From assembly GCA_038321325.1 (NCBI GenBank), contig JBBQEV010000002.1, forward strand, positions 26,127 through 90,126: a stretch of DNA of 64,000 nt, written 5' to 3'. The position numbers and the translations under genes were made by a program. The notes beneath the pieces were generated by a model. The model was given only the letters and a program-made list of their open reading frames with translations, did not search any database and was not told where the DNA came from. Of the stretch, positions 50,318-61,061 are shown one piece after another (position 1 is the stretch's first letter; each line of letters opens with the position of its first letter). This stretch comes from Solirubrobacterales bacterium. GTDB lineage: Bacteria; Actinomycetota; Thermoleophilia; Solirubrobacterales; Solirubrobacteraceae.

Positions 50318-52039
50318 ATGACCGCCGAGCAGACGCCGGCGCCCCAGCACGCGCCGCAGAACCGCTGGTTCGAGTCCGAGCCGCTCTGGTTCAAGACGGC
50401 GGTCTTCTACGAGATCCACCTGCGGGGGTTCTTCGACGGCAACGGCGACGGCTCCGGCGACTTCCGCGGCCTGACCGAGAAGCTCGACTACCTCCAGTGG
50501 CTGGGGGTCGACTGCATCTGGCTGCTGCCCATGTACGAGAGCCCGCTGCGCGACGGCGGCTACGACATCGCCGACTTCTACAAGGTCCATCCGGACTACG
50601 GCACGATGGACGACGTCAAGACGTTCATCGACGCCTCCCACGAGCGCGGCATCCGCGTGATCGCCGACCTCGTGATGAACCACACCTCCTCCGACCACGC
50701 GTGGTTCAAGGAGTCGCGTAAGGGCGCCGACAACGCGAAGTCCGACTACTACGTCTGGTCGGACACCGACGATCGCTACCCCGACGCGCGGATCATCTTC
50801 ACCGACACCGAGCCGTCCAACTGGACCTGGGACGCCGTCCGCGGCCAGTACTTCTGGCACCGCTTCTTCTCCCACCAGCCGGATCTCAACTACGAGAACG
50901 AGGAGGTGCACGAGGCGATGATCGACGCCCTGCGCTTCTGGCTCGACCTCGGGCTCGACGGCTTTCGCCTCGACGCCGTGCCCTACCTCTACGTCCGCGA
51001 CGGGACCAACGGCGAGAACCTCCCGCCGACCCACGAGTTCCTCAAGAAGCTGCGCAAGACCGTCGACGCCGAGTACCCCGACAAGGTCCTGCTCGCCGAG
51101 GCCAACCAGTGGCCCGAGGACGTCGTGGAGTACTTCGGCGACGGCGACGAGTGCCACATGTGCTTCCACTTCCCCGTCATGCCGCGCATGTTCATGGCGG
51201 TCCGGCGCGAGGAGGCCACGCCGATCTACGAGATCCTGCAACGCACTCCGGACATCCCGGTCAACTGCCAGTGGGGCCTGTTCCTGCGCAACCACGACGA
51301 GCTGACCCTGGAGATGGTCACCGACGAGGAGCGCGACTACATGTACGCGGAGTACGCCAAGGACCCGCGGATGAAGCTCAACCTCGGCATCCGCCGCCGC
51401 CTTGCGCCGCTGCTGGACAACGGCCGCGACGAGATCGCGCTGATGACGGCGATCATGTTCTCGCTGCCGGGCTCCCCGATCCTCTACTACGGGGACGAGA
51501 TCGCGATGGGCGACAACGTCTACCTCGGCGACCGCGACGGCGTGCGGACCCCGATGCAGTGGAGCGGCGACCGCAACGGCGGCTTCTCGCGGGCGGACTT
51601 CGCGCAGCTCTACGCGCCGCCGCTGATGGACCCCGTGTACGGCTACCAGGCGGTCAACGTCGAGGCCCAGCTGCGCACGTCGAACTCGCTGCTGCGGTGG
51701 CTCAAGCGCTTCATCGCGCTGCGCAAGGAGCACCCGGTGTTCGGCTTTGGCACCTACGAGCCGCTCTCGACGTCGAACCACCGCATCTTCGCGCACGTCC
51801 GCCGCTACGAGGACGACCTCGTGCTCTGCGTGCACAACCTCGCGCGGACCGCGCAGGCGGTCGAGCTCGACCTCGCGGAGTTCGAGGGCCGCTACCCCGA
51901 GGAGATGTTCGGCCGGGTGCGCTTCCCGCGCATCGGCCAGTGGCCGTACCTGTTGACGCTCGCGCCGCGCGGGTTCTTCTGGTTCGTGCTCACGCCCCCC
52001 GACGAGGACGAGGGAGATCGCCGCCATGGTCAGCGTTGA
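50318..52039 (+). CDS. treS: Trehalose synthase
   Basis: [15 protein letters not shown] and [11 protein letters not shown]. Confidence 0.96.
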   Translation: MTAEQTPAPQHAPQNRWFESEPLWFKTAVFYEIHLRGFFDGNGDGSGDFRGLTEKLDYLQWLGVDCIWLLPMYESPLRDGGYDIADFYKVHPDYGTMDDVKTFIDASHERGIRVIADLVMNHTSSDHAWFKESRKGADNAKSDYYVWSDTDDRYPDARIIFTDTEPSNWTWDAVRGQYFWHRFFSHQPDLNYENEEVHEAMIDALRFWLDLGLDGFRLDAVPYLYVRDGTNGENLPPTHEFLKKLRKTVDAEYPDKVLLAEANQWPEDVVEYFGDGDECHMCFHFPVMPRMFMAVRREEATPIYEILQRTPDIPVNCQWGLFLRNHDELTLEMVTDEERDYMYAEYAKDPRMKLNLGIRRRLAPLLDNGRDEIALMTAIMFSLPGSPILYYGDEIAMGDNVYLGDRDGVRTPMQWSGDRNGGFSRADFAQLYAPPLMDPVYGYQAVNVEAQLRTSNSLLRWLKRFIALRKEHPVFGFGTYEPLSTSNHRIFAHVRRYEDDLVLCVHNLARTAQAVELDLAEFEGRYPEEMFGRVRFPRIGQWPYLLTLAPRGFFWFVLTPPDEDEGDRRHGQR

Positions 52040-53411
52040 TGCGCAGTTCCTGCACGGCTGGCTGGTCGAGCAGCGCTGGTTCGCCTCGAAGTCCCGCGAC
52101 CTGAGCGCCGTGAACCTGCTCGAGACCCTGACCCTGCGGGAGTCCGAGGAGCAGCCGCTCGTGCTCGCCCTCGTTGAGGCGCGCTTCGCCACCGGGACCC
52201 ATGAGCTGTATCAGGTGCTTCTCGGCGCCCGGCGCAAGACGATCGAGGACGAGGCCGGCACGATCCACGAGGCCGGCGGCTGGGAGCTCTACGACGCGGT
52301 CGGCGACCCGGAGCAGGGCGGCGTGCTGGCGGGCCTCTTCGACGGCGGCCGCGAGATCGACGGCGAGCACGGCTGCGTGCGTTTCCACCACACCGAGGGC
52401 GCGCCCGACATGGGCTCCTGCCCCGCGGTGCGGCCGATGGGCGCCGAGCAGTCCAACTCGTCGGTGATCCTCGACGACCGCTACGTCCTGAAGGTCTTCC
52501 GCCGGCTGGAAGCCGGGGACAACCCCGAGCTCGAGATGCTCAAGTTCCTCACCGAGCAGGGCTTCGCGAATATCGCCCGGCTCCAGGGCTGGTACGACTA
52601 CTCGGGCGAGCTGATGGAGGCGACGCTCGGCGTGGTGCAGGACTACGTCGCCGACGGGACGGACGGCTGGGCGCTCGCGCTCGAGGCGATCGGCGCCGGC
52701 GACGACGGGCTCATCGAGCGGCTGCGCGAGCTGGGCGCCGTGACCGGCGACATGCACCGCGCCCTGGGCTCCGGGGCGATGAACTCGGACTTCGCCCCGG
52801 ACGAGCCGTCGGAGGACGCCCTCGCGTTGCTCACCGCGACGATCGACGAGCAGATCGAGCGGGTCTTCATCGACCTGCCCGCCGACAACCCGGCGCTCGA
52901 GCCGATCCTGCACCGCGGCCAGGAGATCCACGACCGCCTGCAGATGATGAGCCACGTCGGCGTGGGCGGTCGCCAGATCCGTCACCACGGCGACTTCCAC
53001 CTGGGCCAGACGCTCGCGCAGCCCGACGGCCGCTGGGTGATCCTCGACTTCGAGGGCGAGCCGGCGCGCTCGTTGCGCGACCGGCGCCGCAAGCGCTCCC
53101 CGCTGCGCGACGTCGCGGGCATGCTGCGCTCGCTGGCCTACGTCGCGAGCGCGAGCGACCTGCTGTACGGCAAGCCCGCGCCCGAGGACTGGGAGGACGC
53201 GGCGCGCGCCGCCTTCCTCGAGGGCTACTACGCGCACGTCGACCCGGCGCTGTTGCCCGCGGGACAGACCGCGATCGACAAGCTCCTGGCGATCTTCGAG
53301 CTCGAGAAGGCCGTCTACGAGCTGCGCTACGAGCTCGACAACCGTCCCGAGTGGGTGAAGATCCCGGTGGCCGGGATCGCGCGCCTGCTCCAGGAGCCCC
53401 TCCCCGCATGA
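52026..53411 (+). CDS. mak: Maltokinase (Pep2)
   Basis: [24 protein letters not shown] and RDVAGMLRS. Confidence 0.92.
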   Translation: MVSVDAQFLHGWLVEQRWFASKSRDLSAVNLLETLTLRESEEQPLVLALVEARFATGTHELYQVLLGARRKTIEDEAGTIHEAGGWELYDAVGDPEQGGVLAGLFDGGREIDGEHGCVRFHHTEGAPDMGSCPAVRPMGAEQSNSSVILDDRYVLKVFRRLEAGDNPELEMLKFLTEQGFANIARLQGWYDYSGELMEATLGVVQDYVADGTDGWALALEAIGAGDDGLIERLRELGAVTGDMHRALGSGAMNSDFAPDEPSEDALALLTATIDEQIERVFIDLPADNPALEPILHRGQEIHDRLQMMSHVGVGGRQIRHHGDFHLGQTLAQPDGRWVILDFEGEPARSLRDRRRKRSPLRDVAGMLRSLAYVASASDLLYGKPAPEDWEDAARAAFLEGYYAHVDPALLPAGQTAIDKLLAIFELEKAVYELRYELDNRPEWVKIPVAGIARLLQEPLPA

Positions 53412-55609
53412 GCCCCCCGATCCCGCCGTCGGCGAACTTCGACCGGCTCGTCGAGGGGACGGTCACCGACCCCCACGCCTGGCTCGGCGCGCACCCGGTC
53501 GCCGGAGGCGTGCTGATCCGCGCCTTCCGGCCCGATGCCACCGCCGTCGCGGCGCACGCGGACGGCATGGAGCTCGCGCTGGTCCGGGTTCACCCCGGCG
53601 GGGTCTTCGAGGCGACGCTGCCGGAGGCGACGCTGCCGCTGCGCTACGAGCTCGAGGTCGTCTACGCCGGCGGGCAGACGTTCCGGCTCAAGGACCCCTA
53701 CGCCTACGCCCCGACGCTCGGCGAGCTCGACATCCACCTGGCCGGGGAAGGGCGCCACGAGGAGATCTACGCACACCTCGGCGCGCACGTGCGCGAGATC
53801 GACGGCGTGTCGGGCACCGCCTTCGCGGTCTGGGCGCCGGGTGCGGCGTCGGTCTCGGTCGTCGGCGACTTCGACTCGTGGGACGGCCGGCTGCACCACA
53901 TGCGCACGCTCGGCTCCAGCGGCATCTGGGAGCTGTTCGTCCCCGACGTCGGCGACGGCGCGCGCTACAAGTTCGAGATTCGCGACCAGAGCGGCGCGAT
54001 CGTCCTCAAGGCCGATCCGTACGCGTTCGAGACCGAGCTCCCGCCGCAGACCTCGAGCGTCGTGCACACGCCGCGCCACGTCTGGAGCGACGCGGACTGG
54101 ATCGCGGCGCGGCGGGCGGTCGGCAAGCCGCCGCTCGACGAGCCGATCTCGATCTACGAGGTGCACCTCGGCTCCTGGCGGCGCAGCCCCGATCGTCCGG
54201 ACGAGCCGCTGGACTACCCCACGCTCGCGCGCGACCTCGCCGCCTACGCGAAGGACATGGGCTTCACGCACGTCGAGCTCCTGCCGGTCATGGGCCACCC
54301 CTACGCCCCGTCGTGGGGCTATCAGGTGACCTCGTACTTCGCGCCGACGCCGCGCTACGGGAGCCCGGACGAGCTCCGCGCGTTCGTCGACCACCTGCAC
54401 GCCGAGGGGATCGGCGTCCTGCTCGACTGGGTGCCCGCGCACTTCCCCAAGGACGCCTGGGCGCTCGCGGAGTTCGACGGGACCAGGCTCTACGAGCACG
54501 CCGACCCGCGGCGCGGCTCCCATCCCGACTGGGGCACGCTGGTCTTCAACTCCGGCCGCAACGAGGTCCGCAACTTCCTGCTGGCGAGCGCGCTGTTCTG
54601 GGCCCGCGAGTACCACGCCGACGGCATCCGCGTCGACGCCGTGGCCTCGATGCTCTACCTCGACTACTCGCGCGAGGCGGGGCAGTGGGTGCCCAACGAG
54701 TTCGGCGGAAACGAGGACCTGGAGGCGGTCGCGCTGCTCAAGGAGCTCAACGAGGTTCTCCACGCGCGCGAGCCCGGCGTGATCTCCGCCGCCGAGGAGT
54801 CGACCTCGTGGCCGGGGGTCTCGCGGCCCACCTACCTCGGCGGCCTGGGCTTCGGCTTCAAGTGGAACATGGGGTGGATGAACGACACCCTGCGCTACTT
54901 CGCGCAGGACCCGGTCTACCGCAAGTACCACCACCATGAGCTGACCTTCAGCCTCGTCTACGCCTTCAGCGAGAACTTCCTGCTGCCGCTCTCCCACGAC
55001 GAGGTCGTGCACGGCAAGGGCTCGATCGTCGAGAAGATGCCGGGCGACCAGTGGCAGAAGCTCGCGAACCTCCGCGCGCTGTACGCCTTCATGTGGGCGC
55101 ACCCCGGCAAGCAGCTGCTGTTCATGGGCCTGGAATGGGGCCAGCAACGCGAGTGGAGCTCCGAGCGCTCGCTCGACTGGCACGAGCTCTCCGATCCCGG
55201 TCACGCCGGCGTGCAGTCGACGGTGCGCGAGCTCAACCGCGTCTACGCACGGACGCCGGCGCTGTTCGAGGTCGACTTCGACGGTGCGGGCTTCGCCTGG
55301 CTGGAGCCCAACGACGCCGAGGGCAACGTCGTGGTCTTCGCCCGCTTCGGGAAGGACCGCGCGCGCGACGTGCTGGTCTGCGCGATGAACCTCTCGCCGG
55401 CGCCGCGGCCGGGCTACCGGACGGGACTGCCGCAGGCCGGCCGCTGGACGAAGGTCCTCGACACCGACGCCGCGGCGTTCGGCGGCTCCGGAGCCTGCGA
55501 GGGCCAGGCCGGCGTCGAGGCCGAGGCGGTGCCCTGGCATGCGCAGGCCTTCTCGGCTCCGGTCGACCTGCCGCCGCTCGGCGTGGTCTGGCTCGTGCCC
55601 GAGCGCTGA
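53408..55609 (+). CDS. glgB: 1,4-alpha-glucan branching enzyme
   Basis: YEVHLGSW, SWGYQ, RVDAVASMLY, AEEST and SHDEVVHGK. Confidence 0.97.
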   Translation: MSPPIPPSANFDRLVEGTVTDPHAWLGAHPVAGGVLIRAFRPDATAVAAHADGMELALVRVHPGGVFEATLPEATLPLRYELEVVYAGGQTFRLKDPYAYAPTLGELDIHLAGEGRHEEIYAHLGAHVREIDGVSGTAFAVWAPGAASVSVVGDFDSWDGRLHHMRTLGSSGIWELFVPDVGDGARYKFEIRDQSGAIVLKADPYAFETELPPQTSSVVHTPRHVWSDADWIAARRAVGKPPLDEPISIYEVHLGSWRRSPDRPDEPLDYPTLARDLAAYAKDMGFTHVELLPVMGHPYAPSWGYQVTSYFAPTPRYGSPDELRAFVDHLHAEGIGVLLDWVPAHFPKDAWALAEFDGTRLYEHADPRRGSHPDWGTLVFNSGRNEVRNFLLASALFWAREYHADGIRVDAVASMLYLDYSREAGQWVPNEFGGNEDLEAVALLKELNEVLHAREPGVISAAEESTSWPGVSRPTYLGGLGFGFKWNMGWMNDTLRYFAQDPVYRKYHHHELTFSLVYAFSENFLLPLSHDEVVHGKGSIVEKMPGDQWQKLANLRALYAFMWAHPGKQLLFMGLEWGQQREWSSERSLDWHELSDPGHAGVQSTVRELNRVYARTPALFEVDFDGAGFAWLEPNDAEGNVVVFARFGKDRARDVLVCAMNLSPAPRPGYRTGLPQAGRWTKVLDTDAAAFGGSGACEGQAGVEAEAVPWHAQAFSAPVDLPPLGVVWLVPER

Positions 55610-55614
55610 GCGGG

Positions 55615-55989
55615 CTAGACGCGGCGGACGTCCAAGACGTCGGAGAGCCAGAGGAGATCCTCGTCGCGCGTGAGCAGCGTGAGGCCGTGGACCCGGGCGG
55701 TCGCGGCGATGAGGAGGTCGAAGGCGCGTGAGCGCGGGTTGCGACCCCGCGTGGCCGTATGCGCCGCGAGGTCACCCCACGCGTGGCAGACCGCGAGGTC
55801 GACCGGTAACGGATCGAACACCTCGCCGAGCCCATGGAGACGCGCGGAGCGACGCCGGCGCTCCGCAGGATCGGGAGCACGTTGGACGCCGAACCGGAGC
55901 TCGGCCATGGTGACGACGCTGATCGAGACCTCGTCGCCGCTGACCGGGAGCGTCTCCATCGCGACGGAGGTGTCCAGCAGCCCCCTCAC
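55615..55989 (-). CDS. vapC: PIN toxin (VapC-like)
   Basis: LLDTSV, T.AEL..G, FDLLIAATA and TRD. Confidence 0.88.
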   Translation of the reverse strand: MRGLLDTSVAMETLPVSGDEVSISVVTMAELRFGVQRAPDPAERRRRSARLHGLGEVFDPLPVDLAVCHAWGDLAAHTATRGRNPRSRAFDLLIAATARVHGLTLLTRDEDLLWLSDVLDVRRV

Positions 55990-56243
55990 CCGAACGGGTC
56001 GTGGAGGTCTGAGTCGACGGCCTCGTCGAGCTCCTCGCGGAGGCCGGTCACCGGTGGGAGTGAGGCGAGCAACGCGCTGACGGCGTCGGCGGGCACGAAC
56101 CGCTGCGGTCCTGTCGTCGTCACCGGCCCGAGCTCGGCGACCGGCCGGCCGGACACGGTGATGACGAAGCGCTCGCCCGCCTCCGCGCGCCGCAGGACAT
56201 CGCCGACCTCGTTGCGCAGCGTCCGCTGAGGGATCACGGTCAT
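55986..56243 (-). CDS. Phd/YefM antitoxin
   Basis: LRNEVGDVLRRAEAGERFVITVSGRPVAEL. Confidence 0.88.
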   Translation of the reverse strand: MTVIPQRTLRNEVGDVLRRAEAGERFVITVSGRPVAELGPVTTTGPQRFVPADAVSALLASLPPVTGLREELDEAVDSDLHDPFG

Positions 56244-56250
56244 CGGCCGG

Positions 56251-56270
56251 ATCGTAGCAGTAGTGCTACG
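56251..56270 (-). promoter_or_regulatory. Toxin-antitoxin operator palindrome overlapping the -10 box
   Basis: CGTAGCA-gtag-TGCTACG; TACGAT on the minus strand 7 nt before the ATG. Confidence 0.65.
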
Positions 56271-56319
56271 GACGTCGGCGGGCGACGTTGACCGCGACAG
56301 TCGGCAAGGATGACGCCGG

Positions 56320-57066
56320 ATGAGCCTCGAGAAGGACCAGGCGTCCTGGGAGCACTTCGGCCGCGAGGACCCGCTGTGGGCGGTATGCACGGACGCCGGG
56401 CGCCGGCACGGCGGCTGGGACGACGCGGCGTTCTTCACGAGCGGCGAACGGGAGATCGAACGCGTCTTCGCATTCCTGGAGGCGGCCGGTCTCGTGCCGG
56501 CGGCGGGCCGCGCGCTCGACTTCGGCTGCGGGGTCGGGCGGCTCACGCGCGCGCTCTCCCCGCGCTTCGCGGCGGTGACCGGAGTCGACATCTCGCGGCC
56601 GATGCTCGACGCCGCCGCGCGCCGCAACCACGACCGGGGGAACGTCGCGTTCGTGCACGCCGCGGCGCCCGGGGAGCTGGCGTTCGCGCGCGGCACGTGC
56701 GACTTCGTCATCAGCCTGATCGCTCTCCAGCACGTCACCGATCGCGCCGCGATCCGCGGCTACCTGGGTGCGCTCGCCGCCGCGCTGAGGCCTCAGGGCG
56801 TGGGCGTCGTCCAGCTCCCGTCGTCGGTCGCGGCGCGCATCCGCTGGCACCCGCTGCGCGTCATCGGCCGCACGGCGCCGCGGCTCCTGCTGCGCGGCCC
56901 GTCACGGGTGCACCCCTACGCGATGACCCTCAGCGCGCTCTCCGAGGAGGACGTGACGCGGACCTTCCGCGCCGCGGGCGTCGCGGTCGAGCACGTCATC
57001 GACGATCACCGCTCCGGCACGGAGGCCGTGGCGAGCCGCTCGTACGTGATCTCCCGGTCCGCGTGA
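56320..57066 (+). CDS. Class I SAM-dependent methyltransferase
   Basis: ALDFGCGVGR, GVDIS and LQH. Confidence 0.88.
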   Translation: MSLEKDQASWEHFGREDPLWAVCTDAGRRHGGWDDAAFFTSGEREIERVFAFLEAAGLVPAAGRALDFGCGVGRLTRALSPRFAAVTGVDISRPMLDAAARRNHDRGNVAFVHAAAPGELAFARGTCDFVISLIALQHVTDRAAIRGYLGALAAALRPQGVGVVQLPSSVAARIRWHPLRVIGRTAPRLLLRGPSRVHPYAMTLSALSEEDVTRTFRAAGVAVEHVIDDHRSGTEAVASRSYVISRSA

Positions 57067-57501
57067 AGGGACCGGGCGCCGGGTGGCCCGGTGTCCGGTC
57101 AGGCAGTTCGGGTAGTCGACGTTGAGCGTGGTTGCCGACAGGCAACTGGGTGCTCGACTGGTGCATGAGCAGCGTGGTCACCGAGCTGACTCCAGATGGG
57201 CAGCGCGTGTTCCAGCTCGCCTCAGCGGCGGCCTATTCTCCTACCGCGTCCACCCCGTAATGCCCGGACGGATCGAGACTGCCACGCTGCGATCCGGCAT
57301 GGACGCCCAGTACCCCCACGAGTGACTTCGACGGTTCGTGGCGTCGCGCGTCGGTGCGTCCCCGACTGCCGGTCAGCCCGTATTGACCTTCACCGCGGTC
57401 CCGCGCGGACCCAGCTTGCGCGAGACGGCGCCGTCGAAGCGTGCCGCCCACCGGTGTAGTCTCGGCGGTGCGACCAATCGCACCAGCCCGGAGATGTCGA
57501 G

Positions 57502-58035
57502 ATGAAAGCAACCCTGCGCGCCGCGCTTGAGCCTGTAGCACTGAAAGCGGCTCTGAAGCCCGGCCGACCGGTCTTCCGGAATCCCTGGGACTCCCCGGGC
57601 GACATGGGGGTCTCCTACCTGGCCGTCAGCGTGATCGGGCCGCTGCTGCTCTTCGGCGGGGGTCAGCTCATGAGCTTGATCTTCGGCCTCGACTCGCGAT
57701 GGCCACTCGGGGTCTTCATGGCCGCAGGCCTGGTCGGCGCTGCGGGCTTCATCACCATCTTCGGACGCGAACGCACGAACCTCTCCGTGGACCTGCTGGC
57801 GATCACGGCCTGGCTGCTGCTCGGCCTGGTGGTCGCGCCGCTCATCGGCTTGGCGCTCCCGCCCGGGGCAGCGCTCGTCAGCTACGGCGTCCTGCTGCTG
57901 ATCGTCCTCGTCGCGGTCCGTCGCTTTGGCCGCTGGGAATCGGATTTTCGCCGCACCCTGAGCTGGCCGGTGACCTGGAGCGTGCTGGGCGTGCTGTTCG
58001 CCTACACGTCGCACCAGCTGCTCTTCTACCCATGA
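57502..58035 (+). CDS. Hypothetical membrane protein (about 5 TM)
   Basis: Repeated hydrophobic segments; start uncertain. Confidence 0.65.
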   Translation: MKATLRAALEPVALKAALKPGRPVFRNPWDSPGDMGVSYLAVSVIGPLLLFGGGQLMSLIFGLDSRWPLGVFMAAGLVGAAGFITIFGRERTNLSVDLLAITAWLLLGLVVAPLIGLALPPGAALVSYGVLLLIVLVAVRRFGRWESDFRRTLSWPVTWSVLGVLFAYTSHQLLFYP

Positions 58036-58105
58036 CCGACCTCGCGGGCGGTGCACGGCAGCTCCGTCCAACGGGAGCGCGAACGGCTCGATCGCTCGTG
58101 CTCCG

Positions 58106-58424
58106 TCAGGCCCCCGTCTCCGTCCTCAGCAGGATCGCGCCCTCTCCGAAGGCGTAGGTGGGTGCGGCGAGGGCGACGAGGGCCTGGGAGCCGAGCCGGC
58201 CCGCGTCGCCGTAGAGCAGGCCGTCGGCCACGCCGTTCCAGGACCTCTGGGCGACGACGCCGACGAGCAGGAGCCCCGTCAGGCCGGCGATGCCGTGGGT
58301 GGCGAGCACGTCGAGCGTCTCGTCCACCCGTGTGCGCGGCCGCCAGAGGCTCGCCGCGTAGCACGGCAGCGCGGCCAGGGCGCCGAGCGCCATCGCCCAG
58401 CCGGGACTGACGAAGCCGCCGGCC
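58106..58424 (-). pseudogene. amt: Internal fragment of an ammonium transporter
   Basis: AGGFVSPGWA..LG...CY...DETLDVLATHGIAG..G matches the Amt C-terminal half. No start codon. Confidence 0.75.
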
Positions 58425-58513
58425 TCGCGGCGCGCATCCGCTGGCACCCGCTGCGCGTCATCGGCCGCACGGCGCCGCGGCTCCTGCTGCGCGGCCCGTC
58501 ACGAGTGCACCCC
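58425..58513 (+). repeat. 89-bp copy of methyltransferase segment 56828-56916
   Basis: 88 of 89 bases identical. Confidence 0.92.
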
Positions 58514-58519
58514 GGTCGC

Positions 58520-59005
58520 TCAGTTCGGGCGCTCGACGTTGAGCGTGGCCAACGCCTCGTCCTCGAACTTCGCGGCCACCATGAAGCGGCGGTCGGCCTT
58601 GCGCAGGGCAGAGCGCGTGGCGGTCTTCGAGGCGCCCGCGTCGAGCTTGTCGAGCGCCCGCTTGTACTGGCGCAGCCCGGAGCCGAACTCGCCGAGCCCG
58701 GACAGCAGCAGCTTCTTGCCCTTCGCACCGGTCGCCGTGGACGTCTTGACCGCGACGATCCGCCGCTTGTACGTGCTGATCTTGAGCGTGAGGCGGCGCG
58801 TCGCCTTCTCCAGGCGGGCGGGGGACTTCCCCGGCTTGAAGGCGTCGGTGGCCTCCTGGAACCCGCTGAGGGCGGGGCGGATCGCGACGAGGTTGCGCTT
58901 GATCTGCGTCTTGAGCGTCGCGTCGCTGGCCACGGCGAGGCTCGGAGAAGCAGCCGTGAGCGTGCTCACGAGGATGCCGACGGTGATGAGGATGCGGCGG
59001 GACAT
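58520..59005 (-). CDS. Secreted basic helical hypothetical protein
   Basis: Signal peptide MSRRILITVGILV...AVA-S and a Lys/Arg-rich body. Confidence 0.7.
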   Translation of the reverse strand: MSRRILITVGILVSTLTAASPSLAVASDATLKTQIKRNLVAIRPALSGFQEATDAFKPGKSPARLEKATRRLTLKISTYKRRIVAVKTSTATGAKGKKLLLSGLGEFGSGLRQYKRALDKLDAGASKTATRSALRKADRRFMVAAKFEDEALATLNVERPN

Positions 59006-59128
59006 GGTGAAGCCTTTCCGAAAGGAGCTGACAGCAGGGGATGGGTTCCCGGGTTGTCGGACAGTCAACCCTTTTCCGCGCTCCGCCCGCGCCGGTTGAG
59101 GCCCGCGGACCGCGGGAAGAGCGCGAGG

Positions 59129-60859
59129 GTGAGCTCGGATCTCCCGTTCCTGCGCCCGCTCGGGGCGACCCCCGCCGACCCCGGGCGGACGACCTTCCGG
59201 GTCTGGGCGCACGCGGCCGAACGCGTCGCGGTGGAGCTGCGCGGGGAGCGCTACGCGCTCGAGCTCGAGGGGTTCGGCGTGTGGAGCGCGACGCTCCCGG
59301 CCGTCCACGGCGACCCGTACCGCTATCTGCTCGAGGACGCCGACGGGCTCCCCGACCCCGCCTCGCGCTGGCAGCCGGAGGGCCTGCGGGGTCCTTCGGC
59401 GGTCGTGGATCCGCGGACGTGGTGCTGGAGCGACCGCGACTGGACCGGGGTGGCCGCCGCGGCGCTCGTGATCTACGAGCTGCACGTCGGCACGTTCACC
59501 CCGGAGGGCACGTTCGACGCGGCCGTGGCGCACCTGCCCGCGCTCGCGGTGCTCGGCGTGACCGCCGTCGAGGTCATGCCCGTCGCGGAGTTCCCGGGCC
59601 GCCACGGCTGGGGCTACGACGGCGTCTACCTCTCGGCGGCGCAGTCGAGCTACGGGGGCCCCGACGCGTTCGCCCGCCTCGTCGACGCCGCGCACGCCGC
59701 GGGGCTCGCCGTGATCCTCGACGTCGTCTACAACCACGTCGGGGCCAGCGGCGGCAAGGCGCTGGAGGCCTTCGGGCCCTACTTCACCGACAAGTACTCG
59801 ACGTTCTGGGGCGCGGCGATCAACTACGACGACGCCTGGTGCGACCCGGTCCGCGAGTGGGTGCTGCAGAGCGCGGAGGGCTGGATCCGCGACTTCCACG
59901 TCGACGGCCTGCGCCTCGACGCGATCCACGCGATCTACGACGGCTCCGCGCGGCCGCTCCTGCGCGAGCTGGGCGAGCGTGTGCACGCGATCGACCCGCG
60001 GGCGCTCGTGGTCGCGGAGTCCGGGATGAACGACCCGGCGGTCACGCGGCCCGCCGAGGACGGCGGGCTCGGGCACGACGCGGCCTGGGCCGACGACTTC
60101 CACCACTGCCTGCGTACGCTGCTCACCGGCGAGCGGGAGGGCTACTACGCCGAGTTCGGCGCGATCGCCGACCTCGTGAAGTGCTACGGCCGTCCCTTCC
60201 TGCACGACGGCACGTGGTCGGACTTCCGCGCCCAGCGCTTCGGGGCGCCGGCGTTCGATCGCCCCGTCACGGAGTTCGTCGTGTTCTCCGCCAACCACGA
60301 CCAGGTCGGCAACCGCGCGCTGGGTGACCGGCTGCACGCCGAGCTGCGCCCGCTGGCGGCCTTCGCGACGCTCCTGTCGCCGTTCGTCCCCATGCTCTGG
60401 ATGGGTGAGGAGTACGGCGAGACGGCGCCGTTTCAGTTCTTCTGCGACCACATCGACGAGGAGATCGCCACCGCCACCCGCGACGGGCGCCGCCGCGAGT
60501 TCGCGTCCTTCGCCGCGTTCGCCGGCGAGGAGGTCCCCGACCCGCAGGACCCCGCGACGTTCCTGCGCTCCAAGCTCACGCGCGAGGCCGACGAGCGGCT
60601 GCTGGAGCTCCATCGCGACCTCCTGCGCGTCCGGCGCGAGCTGCCGCCCGGTGACGCGCAGGCCTCCGGCGACGAGGAGGGGCGCTGGGTGCGGGTCGTC
60701 CGCGGCGACTACGTGCTGTGCATGAACTTCGGCACCGCGGCGGTCTGCGTGCCGGCGGCGGCGGGGATCGTCACGCTGGCCACGCACCCGGAGGCGACCG
60801 CGCTGGAGGCCGGCGGCGTGCGGGTGCCGCCGCGCGCGGGCGCCCTTCTGCGGGGCTGA
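59129..60859 (+). CDS. treZ: Malto-oligosyltrehalose trehalohydrolase
   Basis: PDPASR.QP.G, YELHVGTF, WGYDG, RLDAIH and NHDQVGNR. Confidence 0.95.
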   Translation: MSSDLPFLRPLGATPADPGRTTFRVWAHAAERVAVELRGERYALELEGFGVWSATLPAVHGDPYRYLLEDADGLPDPASRWQPEGLRGPSAVVDPRTWCWSDRDWTGVAAAALVIYELHVGTFTPEGTFDAAVAHLPALAVLGVTAVEVMPVAEFPGRHGWGYDGVYLSAAQSSYGGPDAFARLVDAAHAAGLAVILDVVYNHVGASGGKALEAFGPYFTDKYSTFWGAAINYDDAWCDPVREWVLQSAEGWIRDFHVDGLRLDAIHAIYDGSARPLLRELGERVHAIDPRALVVAESGMNDPAVTRPAEDGGLGHDAAWADDFHHCLRTLLTGEREGYYAEFGAIADLVKCYGRPFLHDGTWSDFRAQRFGAPAFDRPVTEFVVFSANHDQVGNRALGDRLHAELRPLAAFATLLSPFVPMLWMGEEYGETAPFQFFCDHIDEEIATATRDGRRREFASFAAFAGEEVPDPQDPATFLRSKLTREADERLLELHRDLLRVRRELPPGDAQASGDEEGRWVRVVRGDYVLCMNFGTAAVCVPAAAGIVTLATHPEATALEAGGVRVPPRAGALLRG

Positions 60860-60865
60860 GGCCGC

Positions 60866-60997
60866 CTACACCACGAGCAGCCGGGCGGCCGCGCCGAGCA
60901 GGCGCCGCATGTCGCCGGGATCGGACGTGGCGACGACGTCGCCGCACTCCAGCACGCCGACCGCGATGCAGCTGTCGACGGTGCCCGCGGTGGCCAT
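60866..60997 (-). pseudogene. C-terminal remnant of a PIN-domain protein
   Basis: VDSCIAV...GDVVATSDPGDMRRL resembles a PIN C-terminus; the N-terminus is missing. Confidence 0.5.
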
Positions 60998-61061
60998 CGG
61001 TGCGATGCCACCGCAGTAGCATCGGGTTCGCCCGATCGGGACGCGGGAAGATGACCCCCTC

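Noticed and set aside
59051-59075. GGGTTG...CAACCC inverted repeat followed by TTTT
   Set aside because: A short stem between divergent genes; an operator cannot be told from chance.
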